From positions 1,582,818 to 1,646,817 of the forward strand of contig CANNBH010000001.1 in the NCBI GenBank assembly GCA_947502815.1: a stretch of 64,000 nucleotides of DNA, read 5' to 3'. The position numbers and the translations under genes are program-made. The DNA is from an uncultured Erythrobacter sp. (GTDB taxonomy: Bacteria > Pseudomonadota > Alphaproteobacteria > Sphingomonadales > Sphingomonadaceae). The notes under the pieces are model-generated. The model searched no databases, was not told the origin of the DNA, and was given only the letters and a program-made list of their open reading frames with translations. Within the stretch, counting starts at the first letter, position 1. Every line of letters starts with the position of its first letter. Positions 41,286-50,362 of the stretch are shown here, piece after piece.

Positions 41286-42622
41286 TGGCTATCGAACTTA
41301 AAATGCCCGCGCTTTCGCCCACAATGGAAGAAGGCACGCTCGCCAAATGGCTCAAAGCTGAAGGCGACACGATTGAACCCGGTGATATCATTGCCGAGAT
41401 CGAAACAGACAAAGCGACGATGGAATTTGAAGCCATTGATGACGGGGTTCTGACCAAGATCCTCGTTGCCGAAGGGACAGAGAATGTCGCCGTGGGCGCA
41501 GTGATTGCGGAAATGTCTGGGGAAGGGGAGGAGGCTTCCGCTCCGGCTGAAACGCCTGCTCCAACACCGGCACCAACACCGGCTCCGGTGGCGGCGGCAC
41601 CTGTCGTTGCAGCTGATCCAAGCATCCCTGCAGGAACCAGCTTTACCAGCACCCAAGTGCGCGAAGCCTTGCGTGATGCCATGGCCGAAGAAATGCGAGC
41701 CGACCGACGTGTGTTTGTTATGGGCGAAGAGGTCGCCGAATATCAGGGCGCGTATAAGGTCACACAAGGCCTGCTCGATGAATTCGGGCCAAAGCGCGTT
41801 ATCGACACGCCGATCACCGAATACGGCTTTGCCGGCATCGGCAGCGGAGCGGCGATGGGCGGGCTGAAGCCGATCGTTGAATTTATGACCTTCAACTTTG
41901 CGATGCAGGCGATTGACCACATCGTGAACTCAGCGGCGAAGACGAACTATATGAGCGGCGGCCAGATGCGCTGTCCCATCGTGTTTCGCGGGCCCAATGG
42001 CGCGGCCAGCCGCGTTGGTGCCCAGCACAGCCAAAACTACGGCCCATGGTATGCCAGCGTGCCCGGCCTGATCGTGATCGCGCCATATGATGCGGCCGAT
42101 GCAAAGGGATTGATGAAGGCGGCGATCCGTTCCGATGATCCGGTGGTCTTCTTGGAGAATGAGCTGGTTTACGGGCGCAGCTTTGATGTGCCTGATATGG
42201 AAGATTACGTTCTGCCTATCGGCAAGGCGCGGATCATGCGCGAAGGGGCCGATGTAACGATCGTTTCCTATTCGATTGGCGTTGGCATGGCTTTGGAAGC
42301 GGCAGAGACGCTTGCTGCCGAAGGGATCGATGCCGAGGTTATCGATTTGCGCACCCTGCGTCCTCTCGACAAAGGCGCTGTGCTCGACAGTCTGAAAAAG
42401 ACCAACCGCTTGGTTGTCGCCGAAGAAGGCTGGCCAACTTGCTCCATCGCAAGCGAGATCATTTCAGTTTGCATGGAAGAGGGTTTCGACGATCTTGACG
42501 CCCCGGTTATGCGGGTCTGCAACGAAGACGTTCCGCTGCCCTATGCCGCCAACCTTGAAAAGCTTGCTCTTATCGATCCACCACGGATTGTCGAAGCGGT
42601 GAAAAAGGTCTGCTACGTTTGA
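41285..42622 (+). CDS. pdhB: Pyruvate dehydrogenase E1 beta subunit with N-terminal lipoyl domain
   Basis: Lipoyl motif ETDKATME, Ala/Pro linker, DTPITE, EFMTFNF, HSQ motifs. Confidence 0.97.
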   Translation: MAIELKMPALSPTMEEGTLAKWLKAEGDTIEPGDIIAEIETDKATMEFEAIDDGVLTKILVAEGTENVAVGAVIAEMSGEGEEASAPAETPAPTPAPTPAPVAAAPVVAADPSIPAGTSFTSTQVREALRDAMAEEMRADRRVFVMGEEVAEYQGAYKVTQGLLDEFGPKRVIDTPITEYGFAGIGSGAAMGGLKPIVEFMTFNFAMQAIDHIVNSAAKTNYMSGGQMRCPIVFRGPNGAASRVGAQHSQNYGPWYASVPGLIVIAPYDAADAKGLMKAAIRSDDPVVFLENELVYGRSFDVPDMEDYVLPIGKARIMREGADVTIVSYSIGVGMALEAAETLAAEGIDAEVIDLRTLRPLDKGAVLDSLKKTNRLVVAEEGWPTCSIASEIISVCMEEGFDDLDAPVMRVCNEDVPLPYAANLEKLALIDPPRIVEAVKKVCYV

Positions 42623-42623
42623 T

Positions 42624-42663
42624 AAAAAACAGGGGCCCAGCAATACGCTGGCGCCCCTGTTTT
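42624..42663. terminator. Bidirectional intrinsic terminator between pdhB and the tad trio
   Basis: aaaacagggg-cccagc-aatac-gctggc-gcccctgtttt. Confidence 0.85.
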
Positions 42664-42700
42664 CCTCTACCCGTAGGCTCTTGTTTTTGGATTTCGCGGC

Positions 42701-43396
42701 TTAGGCTGGGCGATCTGCAGAGAAGGTGTTGCAGCTGGCCACAGGCGATGCGGGAGTGGTTTGATACAGCTGCGTCAAATCGCGGCTGTCGCGCACGTTA
42801 AAGGCGGCCGTGTAGGTGATCTCAGTGTTCCCGTAAAACTCAAACGGGGTGATCGGTTCATAGGTGTAGGCCACCTCTACAAACATCACCGCTGTGCCGG
42901 GGCTGGCGGTGATGCGGTTGGCCGCTTCGCCCATGCCGGGGAAGCTGGTGCCGCTCGATCCATCGCCTTCAGAGCCATAAGTCGATGTGTAGTTCTTCAA
43001 CCCGCGACACCGCTGCCACGCGATCCATTGTCCGCCATCGCTGTTTTGTTGGAGGCTGGACAGGATGACCCGACCCTGTTGGAAAATGTCATAATTGTCG
43101 CCAAGCTTTTCCGCGCCAACAAAGGTGCTGTTGACGTCGTCTTCGAACACCCTGCGAGAGACGAGAATGTCATTCTCACCCACGCGTGAGGCGTTGTCGG
43201 CGACCTGCATCGCAATCTGGCTCACCTGCATGTGAGTGATCGTGAAATAGGCGGTTTCCGTGCCGAGCAGGCCCAGTCCCAAGACGATGGGCGCGCTGAA
43301 CGCAAATTCGACCATCGCCACGGCTGAATTGTCCCGGCCAAGCGTTCGCAGACGCGCCAGCTTGCTCTTTGCGGATTGGATTATTTTGGTGGTCAT
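42701..43396 (-). CDS. TadE/TadF-like pseudopilin
   Basis: DNSAVAMVEFAFSAP prepilin-like motif followed by a hydrophobic helix; ATG at 43396 coupled to the upstream stop. Confidence 0.85.
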   Translation of the reverse strand: MTTKIIQSAKSKLARLRTLGRDNSAVAMVEFAFSAPIVLGLGLLGTETAYFTITHMQVSQIAMQVADNASRVGENDILVSRRVFEDDVNSTFVGAEKLGDNYDIFQQGRVILSSLQQNSDGGQWIAWQRCRGLKNYTSTYGSEGDGSSGTSFPGMGEAANRITASPGTAVMFVEVAYTYEPITPFEFYGNTEITYTAAFNVRDSRDLTQLYQTTPASPVASCNTFSADRPA

Positions 43397-43998
43397 CAGA
43401 CGCAATTCCCGGTTGTAACCGTCTCATCTTGTTGGTCGTAAGGTTGGTTGCGAAGCACGGTCGATGCACGCAATTCCACGTCTTGAGGCAGACCCGCGAG
43501 ACCATACATCGGAAACAGGCGAGGGTAGGTGACAACGGCCGTGTAAAGCACCGCGTCACGCGCGCCGCCTATGCCCACTTCGCCGCGATCTTCATCCCAT
43601 TGACCGTTGTTGTTTGCATCAACAAATGGTTCGCCATTGTTGCAAATGCCATCGAGAACACCGCTGTCAGTGAATTCTTCCGCTTCGCCGATGTCCTCGA
43701 AATCAAAGTGCGAAAGCTTTTCCAACGTGACGGTTGCGTTGTTTGGCACAACGGAACTGACGCTGTTGACGACGCGAGCATCGATTGTCGCTTCATTGCT
43801 GCCAGCGCTTTCGAGGGTCAGATCACGGCCTGCCTTTTGCATCGCGCCGTTCATCAAGGCGGATGTGTATTGTGTGTGCGCGAGGTCGAAAATACCCATC
43901 ACCATCAGGATCAGGACCGGCGCGACGAAACCAAATTCGGTCAACGTCGCGCCATCCTTGTCACGGATGAGCCTGCGCATGGTCTTGAACGGGATCAT
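43396..43998 (-). CDS. tadE: TadE-like pseudopilin
   Basis: DKDGATLTEFGFVAPVLILMVMGIFD prepilin motif (G-x-x-x-x-EF). Confidence 0.88.
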   Translation of the reverse strand: MIPFKTMRRLIRDKDGATLTEFGFVAPVLILMVMGIFDLAHTQYTSALMNGAMQKAGRDLTLESAGSNEATIDARVVNSVSSVVPNNATVTLEKLSHFDFEDIGEAEEFTDSGVLDGICNNGEPFVDANNNGQWDEDRGEVGIGGARDAVLYTAVVTYPRLFPMYGLAGLPQDVELRASTVLRNQPYDQQDETVTTGNCV

Positions 43999-45956
43999 GC
44001 TGTTAGCCTCAATGCTGCGATTTTCTCGGCGATTTCACGGAACGCTGAATCGAGCGAAGTAGAGTCTGTCGCCGAATAGGCGCGGCCCGGTGTGGCGCAG
44101 TCAATCAGGTTTTGTGAAAGGCTGGTACCAAAGGCGACAACCCAAACAGAGATGTTTTTGTTGCGCGCTGCTCGGCAAGCCGCTTGGAAACGTTCCGCGT
44201 GGCGATCCTGACGCTGGGTATAGCCTGCATCGGAGGTAACGCGGCGATCCCACCATTCCAACCCGTATAGAGTATAAAGCCGGTTGTGAGTAACCAGTTC
44301 ACCATCGGTCATAAACACGATGTGACGTGAAATCGCGTCACCATTTGGAGCGGTTGCGTTCTCCGAAGCGAAAATGCCGTCGGGAGAGATAAAGCGCGCA
44401 CCCCAGATCATGCCAAAGTCATGATATGTGTTGCCGCCTGCACGGAAGCCTTCTGCCTCAGAAACCCAAGCTTCAAGGTCACTGCGGCTGTCAAATTCAG
44501 CAAGTTTACGAGCTGCTTTCGGGCAGGTGGTCGACGCGTTGACTTTGTCCTCGGTTGAACCGGTGATATCCGATTGCACCCATTCGTCGCTGTCCGACCA
44601 ACTCTCACCGTCATTGTAACGCAGGAAGGTCAGCGATGGCAGCATTGGTCTCCAACGTTCGGAGTTGTTGCTGGGCACCAGGTCAATATCCAGATCATAG
44701 GCACCTGTAGGCACCGGATTCCAGGTTGCGGATGCAACGGTGTCGGCTTCTTCAATGCAGCCATTCCAAGTGTGGGTTTCGTTCGTCTCTTCCCAACCGG
44801 TTGGCGTCGTGAGCGTCCCGGTGCTGTAAAGACTGGTGAGGTCGAATTCGACAGGACGATAGGCCCAGAAGAATTCCCGAGTTTCAGTGCGCCCTTCGGT
44901 CACTGTGATTTCGGATTCAGCGTAGTAGTATTCTTCGTCAAAATTCAAACGGCAACGATCGTTTGAACCGTAGTATGTGCCGCCAGTAAAGGTCTGTCGG
45001 TTGTAGCGAACAGGCCCGGTGTATTGCGAGATCCGCGGGTCTGTCCCGGACGATGAAACCAGCGTAAATCCGGCTTCATCGGCCGAAACAAAGATTTCCG
45101 AACGGTCTTGGTTGAACGCGATATCTACGCATTCATTGTAGGTTACCCCGTAGTCGTTGGTTTCAATGTTCCCTTGATATTGATAACTATAGCCGTTGCC
45201 TGTTCTCACGTAGGTGTAGGTTTCTGGCTCATAAGTGACCGTAATATCCCAATCGGCCTCGCGCGATTGGTATGTGTGACTTGTCGCCATCCAATTGGTG
45301 TTAAGCGAACCCCCGACATTGACTTGGTTGGAATAGGGAACGATCCCGTAACGGATCTGGGCCGAGCTTGAAGTGGCGGAGTCCACGGTATCGTAAAACG
45401 TCAAAACCGAATTGCGCAGGCTGTTGATCCGCGAATTTGGTCCGTTCGAACAATTGGATCCGTTTGAATCGCAGCTCATCGATCCGGTTACGTCCAGCAC
45501 AAACATAATGTCTGTGTTTGAGATGTTGATTTCAGCGGAGCAATCCACCTCCAGATCAAATTCGTTGTAACCGAACGCGCCCATTATGCTGGTTGGCAAT
45601 GTGCCCGTTGCCGTCCCGTTTACAGTGCCCTCTGATGTGGCAGTGTAGTCGCGCTGAAGACCGTCCAACCCAAACGTGCCGTCCGGATAGTTTTGGTCAA
45701 AGAAGTTGAGGCCAACCTGCTTGTGCTCGTTGGAAAAATCATCCGCATCCATCGCACGGCGCGCGGCGAGGGCACCGGCATCGCATGCGGCCTGAAGACG
45801 GGTTTCCGTCATGTAATAACGGCTAGCATCAACGCCGCCGCCAACCATGGCCATCAACGGAACTAGGCTGGCCGCGGAGATCGCCAGCGTATTTGCCGTT
45901 GGGTCTTTTGCGATTCTTCGTAAAATCGAAAAGCGATTGTCTATTTTCTGGCCCAT
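43995..45956 (-). CDS. tadG: TadG-like pilus-associated protein with vWA domain and a large insertion
   Basis: N-terminal hydrophobic helix, DASR...LQAACDAGALA, MIDAS-like DVTGSM and FMTDG, with a Tyr/Thr/Asn-rich insert. Confidence 0.85.
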   Translation of the reverse strand: MGQKIDNRFSILRRIAKDPTANTLAISAASLVPLMAMVGGGVDASRYYMTETRLQAACDAGALAARRAMDADDFSNEHKQVGLNFFDQNYPDGTFGLDGLQRDYTATSEGTVNGTATGTLPTSIMGAFGYNEFDLEVDCSAEINISNTDIMFVLDVTGSMSCDSNGSNCSNGPNSRINSLRNSVLTFYDTVDSATSSSAQIRYGIVPYSNQVNVGGSLNTNWMATSHTYQSREADWDITVTYEPETYTYVRTGNGYSYQYQGNIETNDYGVTYNECVDIAFNQDRSEIFVSADEAGFTLVSSSGTDPRISQYTGPVRYNRQTFTGGTYYGSNDRCRLNFDEEYYYAESEITVTEGRTETREFFWAYRPVEFDLTSLYSTGTLTTPTGWEETNETHTWNGCIEEADTVASATWNPVPTGAYDLDIDLVPSNNSERWRPMLPSLTFLRYNDGESWSDSDEWVQSDITGSTEDKVNASTTCPKAARKLAEFDSRSDLEAWVSEAEGFRAGGNTYHDFGMIWGARFISPDGIFASENATAPNGDAISRHIVFMTDGELVTHNRLYTLYGLEWWDRRVTSDAGYTQRQDRHAERFQAACRAARNKNISVWVVAFGTSLSQNLIDCATPGRAYSATDSTSLDSAFREIAEKIAALRLTA

Positions 45957-46056
45957 GGGTGCACATCCTTAGGTCGAATCCAACACACGATTGTGCGGAT
46001 TCTCAATTACATCGCAGGGTGATAGCCCAAGGTAAGTAAGGAGATTCCCAAGTAGT

Positions 46057-46075
46057 GTGGTAAACAAGACCTTAC
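46057..46075 (-). promoter_or_regulatory. Degenerate CtrA-like box upstream of tadG
   Basis: Minus strand GTAA-N7-TTTACCAC; a further TTAAC half-site at 46091-46095. Confidence 0.35.
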
Positions 46076-46191
46076 CCCTGTGTGATTGCTTTAACCGCTC
46101 TTGTGCAGAACGTGGGCGCGGCGATCATATCGCTCTCATCCTCACTGTGTGCTTGACAATTGGCCCCATTCTACGGCTTTGAGCGGCCCTG

Positions 46192-46845
46192 ATGGCTGAT
46201 CCTGAGAGCGAAACTTTACCCACCGAAGTGCAAATCGCTTTGGCCCATTCACGGCCAAAGATGCGCGATGCGTTAAGGATATTCTTTGAACTCGATATGC
46301 GTTTGGCGCGCATAATCGCTGCAACGACGGAGCCAATGCTGGGTCAAATGCGGCTAGCGTGGTGGCGGGACATGTTGGGCACGCCGCAAGGTGACCGGCC
46401 CACGGGTGACGCCGTACTGGATGGGATCACTTTTCATTGGAGCGGGCAAGAGGCAGCTTTGATCGCGTTGGTGGATGGGTGGGAGCATATGCTCACCCCT
46501 GCGCCGATGGGTGAAGCGGATGCGATAGGCTTTGCCCGAGGGCGGATTGCGGCATTCTTGGGCGCCTATGATGAAGCAAGGCAGGGCCCCGCATTTGAGG
46601 CGGCGGCATGGACATGGGCCTTTGCCGATATGGCGGCAAAGGTCTCTTTGGACGAAGAGCGTGCACTTATGATTGAGCTTGGCCATTCAAAGCGTGATGC
46701 GCGCGCGCGGTTGCCGCGAAGCGCGAGGGGGCTGGCGGTGCTTGGCGCCTTGGGCGCACGCGCGCTTGCCAATGGAGGGCGACCGCTGATGGAAGGGCGC
46801 GGTGCATCCCTACTCGCAACAAGAGCCGCTATCTTCGGCGTGTAA
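46192..46845 (+). CDS. Degenerate squalene/phytoene synthase-fold protein (NDUFAF6-like)
   Basis: ELDMRLARI...TTEPMLGQMRLAWWRD motif; no DDxxD catalytic motif seen. Confidence 0.65.
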   Translation: MADPESETLPTEVQIALAHSRPKMRDALRIFFELDMRLARIIAATTEPMLGQMRLAWWRDMLGTPQGDRPTGDAVLDGITFHWSGQEAALIALVDGWEHMLTPAPMGEADAIGFARGRIAAFLGAYDEARQGPAFEAAAWTWAFADMAAKVSLDEERALMIELGHSKRDARARLPRSARGLAVLGALGARALANGGRPLMEGRGASLLATRAAIFGV

Positions 46846-46887
46846 TTGCGTGTATTCCTTTGCGCGATCTTGGTCGTGAGGAACAAA

Positions 46888-47352
46888 ATGCGTCAAACAA
46901 TACTGGGTGTGTTCGTCGGTCTAATTTTGGCGGGAGTGGGTGTATTCTGGTGGCAAGGCCGCGCTCAGGTCGAAACCAATGCCCCGCCTCCGCCCGAACC
47001 CGAAGAATTGGCCGAGGCGGATGACGTCCTACCCGAAGTTGATCCCGGTGATTTAACAGGACCCGCTCCGCCCGAAGCAAGCGAACTGAGCCGCGAAGAG
47101 CGACGGTTCTTTCGCTATGATCGGAACCGCGACCGGATCATCACCCGCAATGAAATGCTCTCCAGCCGGTCCAACGCATTCCGGAAACTGGATGTTGATG
47201 GCAACAATCTGCTGACGTTTGAGGAATGGGCGGTGAACACATCGGAGCGGTTTTCCGGAATGGACGCCGATGGCAATGCCGAGTTGACGCAGTCCGAATT
47301 TGCCACCTCTGCCCCGCGTCCGCGCGCCTCGCGTCCGGCCTGTAGCTGTTGA
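46888..47352 (+). CDS. EF-hand domain protein with N-terminal membrane anchor
   Basis: TM segment plus three EF-hand-like loops (DRNRDRIITRNE, DVDGNNLLTFEE, DADGNAELTQSE). Confidence 0.85.
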   Translation: MRQTILGVFVGLILAGVGVFWWQGRAQVETNAPPPPEPEELAEADDVLPEVDPGDLTGPAPPEASELSREERRFFRYDRNRDRIITRNEMLSSRSNAFRKLDVDGNNLLTFEEWAVNTSERFSGMDADGNAELTQSEFATSAPRPRASRPACSC

Positions 47353-47376
47353 TCGTGCCCACGGTTCGCGATTGAG

Positions 47377-48762
47377 TTAAGCGGGCACGCGTTCGCCTGT
47401 TTGCGATAGCCATTCCTGCAAATCGGCCTTCCCGCGTGAAGTGTAAGCTTCTTTGCGCTGCTTCTTTTTCACCTCGTGCAAGGGCGGGAACAGGCCAAAA
47501 TTGACATTCATCGGTTGGAAGGTCGCCGCCTCTGCATCGCCGGTAATATGGCTGAGCAAGGCGCCAAGGGCTGTCGATGGGGGCAGGGGGCTCCAATTCT
47601 CACCGGCCAGTTGAGCCGCGGTCATCATCCCGGCGACAAGGCCAATCGCCGAACTTTCAACATAGCCTTCGCAACCGGTGACCTGCCCGGCAAAGCGCAC
47701 ATGCGGCGCCGCTTTCAATCGCAATTGCCGGTCAAGAACTTCGGGAGAGTTTAGGAAGGTGTTGCGGTGCAACCCGCCCAACCGCGCAAACTCGGCATTT
47801 TCCAGACCCGGAATGGTACGGAACAATTCAACCTGCGCGCCATATTTCATCTTGGTCTGAAACCCGACCATATTCCATAACGTGCCCAGCTTATTGTCCT
47901 GCCGCAATTGAACAACCGCATACGGCCAGCTTCCCTCGGGAAATTCCTCATTGGTGTCGTAAGGATTGTCCAGGCCAACGCCCTTCATTGGGCCATAGCG
48001 CAAGGTTTCGACCCCGCGCGATGCCATCACTTCGATAGGCATACAGCCATCAAAATACGGCGTGTCTTTCTCCCATTCCTTAAACTCGGTCTTCTCGCCT
48101 TCGATCAGGCCGGCATGAAAGGCGAGATATTGTTCTTTCGTCATCGGACAATTGATGTAGTCGCCGTCTTCGTTTGAAGCCTCTGTCCGCTTGTTCCAGC
48201 GTGACTGGATCCAGCATTTCGACATGTCGATGCTGTCGCGGTGAATGATCGGTGCAATCGCATCAAAGAAGGCAAGCCGTTCCTCGCCAGTTGCCGCCAC
48301 GATGCTGCGTGCCAAAGCCTCTGCTGTCAGCGGGCCGGTTGCGACAATGGTCAAACCCTCTGCGGGGAGAGTGTCCACGCGTTCGCGCACAACATTCACA
48401 TTGGGATGCTGGGTCAGCGCCTTTTCAACCTCAGCGGAAAAGACATCACGGTCGACCGCCATTGCGCTTCCGGCGGGCACGCGTGCGACTTCGCCAGCGC
48501 GCATGACGATGCTGTCAAGCTCACGCATTTCGTGATGGAGCAGGCCCACCGCATTTTTGGTGTCATCGTCAGAACGAAAGGAATTGGAACACACCAGTTC
48601 GGCCAATCCATCGGTCTGGTGCGCAGGCGTTTGTTCGCCGCTGCCCCGCATTTCGGACAGCCGCACTTTCACCCCGCGCTGCGCCAGCTGCCAGGCGGCT
48701 TCAGAGCCTGCAAGCCCTCCGCCGATAATGTGGACATCGTGATCGTGATTGGTGTTGGTCAT
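47377..48762 (-). CDS. trmFO: Methylenetetrahydrofolate-tRNA-(uracil-5-)-methyltransferase
   Basis: [46 protein letters not shown] motifs. Confidence 0.96.
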   Translation of the reverse strand: MTNTNHDHDVHIIGGGLAGSEAAWQLAQRGVKVRLSEMRGSGEQTPAHQTDGLAELVCSNSFRSDDDTKNAVGLLHHEMRELDSIVMRAGEVARVPAGSAMAVDRDVFSAEVEKALTQHPNVNVVRERVDTLPAEGLTIVATGPLTAEALARSIVAATGEERLAFFDAIAPIIHRDSIDMSKCWIQSRWNKRTEASNEDGDYINCPMTKEQYLAFHAGLIEGEKTEFKEWEKDTPYFDGCMPIEVMASRGVETLRYGPMKGVGLDNPYDTNEEFPEGSWPYAVVQLRQDNKLGTLWNMVGFQTKMKYGAQVELFRTIPGLENAEFARLGGLHRNTFLNSPEVLDRQLRLKAAPHVRFAGQVTGCEGYVESSAIGLVAGMMTAAQLAGENWSPLPPSTALGALLSHITGDAEAATFQPMNVNFGLFPPLHEVKKKQRKEAYTSRGKADLQEWLSQTGERVPA

Positions 48763-48826
48763 GGTGGGCGCGTTAATTGCGTGCTAGCCGAACGGCAAGA
48801 CTTATACCTGATGAGGGGTGAGAGAA

Positions 48827-49477
48827 ATGGTTAAACCTGCGCTGATCGAACATCGCCCTTGGCTGCTCGCTAGTGTGGTTGCAGGGATCGCATTTTACTT
48901 CCTGCGTGACAATCCTATCGGGGGCATCTGGCTGATGCTGTTGAAAGGGGCAGGCGTAGGCCTTTTGGCGATGTATGCTTGGCGCAGGACCAGCGGGACG
49001 GACGGCACCATTCTGGTAGGCGCATTGGCTTTGTCGGCTCTGGCTGACATGGTGTTGGAGATCGACTTTGAAATTGGCGGGGCCATTTTCGCCGCCGCTC
49101 ACGCCGTGGCAATCGCGCTGTATTGGCGCAACCGCAGGGATCACCCCGCGCCCAGCCAGCGATTGTTGGCGATTGGTCTTGCGATTGGCGTACCGGCCAT
49201 CGCCTATTTCTTAAGCGGCCGTGTTGAGATTGGGATCTATTCCGCAATTCTGGGCCTAATGGCGGCGGCGGCTTGGATGAGCCGTTTTCCCCGATACCGC
49301 GTCGGCATTGGTGCTGTTCTGTTTGTCGTGAGCGATTGGCTTATATTCAGCCGGATCGGCCCTGTGAATTTGGGCGATTTGCCTGATCTGTTGATCTGGC
49401 CGCTGTATTATGCGGGGCAGCTGATGATCGCGACCGGGGTGGTTCAGACTTTGCGCGGGGAAACGCCCGTGCGCTAG
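48827..49477 (+). CDS. YhhN/lysoplasmalogenase family membrane protein
   Basis: Multi-TM protein with SALADMVL, FAAAH, GAVLFVVSD and LYYAGQ motifs. Confidence 0.85.
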   Translation: MVKPALIEHRPWLLASVVAGIAFYFLRDNPIGGIWLMLLKGAGVGLLAMYAWRRTSGTDGTILVGALALSALADMVLEIDFEIGGAIFAAAHAVAIALYWRNRRDHPAPSQRLLAIGLAIGVPAIAYFLSGRVEIGIYSAILGLMAAAAWMSRFPRYRVGIGAVLFVVSDWLIFSRIGPVNLGDLPDLLIWPLYYAGQLMIATGVVQTLRGETPVR

Positions 49478-49483
49478 GCCGCG

Positions 49484-50311
49484 CTAGGCCGCGATGGTTG
49501 TCCGGTGCAATTCGCGCCGGTGGCCTTCGTATCCTCCGGTTGCTTTGTGGTTAAGGCACCGGTTGTCCCACATGACCAGCATGCCGGGCTCCCATTTGTG
49601 ACGGTAATGAAAGCGTTCTTCGTCGCACCATTGGTGTAGCTCCATAGTCAAAGCCATCGCCTGTTCGTCTGAGTACCCTTCGAAACCAATTGTGTAACTA
49701 ATCGAGAAGAACAGCACCTCTTCGCCCGTTTCAGGATGCGGTTTGATCAGCGGATGGCTGTATGTCGCCATCGCCGCCTCGCCGGGGCGGATCGCCATGC
49801 TCCGGCCATTGTCACTGTCGCCGTATAGACCATCGGGAGCATAGCCACGTCTTGCGGAGTGGATCGCCTTGATCTTGCGCAGTTCATCCTTGCGGGCATC
49901 GGGCAGGGCGGCAAAAGCGGCCGCCTGATCGCAGAACATCGTGTCGCCGCCCACGGGAGGGATTTCGATCGCCATAAGGCACGTCGCCTTGGGAGGCTGC
50001 GCCATAAAGCTCCAGTCAGAGTGCCATTGCTCGGCGAAAAGCGGGCTGGTTTCATCGGCTTCGCGCTGAATGGCCGCGATATTCTTGCGGCCCTCAATAG
50101 GGTCAAAGAAGGGATCATCGCCAAATTCCCCCATCGCCATGCTAAAGCGCTCCAGCGCGTCATCGTCCATCTGCTGATCCGCAAAGGCGAGGACTTTGTG
50201 CTTCATGAATGCGGAGTGGATTTCATTCATCAGGGCGGGCGTTAACTCGCCTGCCAAATCAACGCCGCGAATGGTCGCACCGCATGCCGCACCCGATGGT
50301 TCTACGATCAT
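49484..50311 (-). CDS. TauD/TfdA family 2-oxoglutarate/Fe(II) dioxygenase
   Basis: WHSD, GGDTMF, WDNRCLNH...R facial-triad motifs. Confidence 0.92.
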   Translation of the reverse strand: MIVEPSGAACGATIRGVDLAGELTPALMNEIHSAFMKHKVLAFADQQMDDDALERFSMAMGEFGDDPFFDPIEGRKNIAAIQREADETSPLFAEQWHSDWSFMAQPPKATCLMAIEIPPVGGDTMFCDQAAAFAALPDARKDELRKIKAIHSARRGYAPDGLYGDSDNGRSMAIRPGEAAMATYSHPLIKPHPETGEEVLFFSISYTIGFEGYSDEQAMALTMELHQWCDEERFHYRHKWEPGMLVMWDNRCLNHKATGGYEGHRRELHRTTIAA

Positions 50312-50362
50312 GTCCCTCTCCCTTGACCGTTAGGCTAAGGGGAGGGGGGATTTAGCGCAAGA

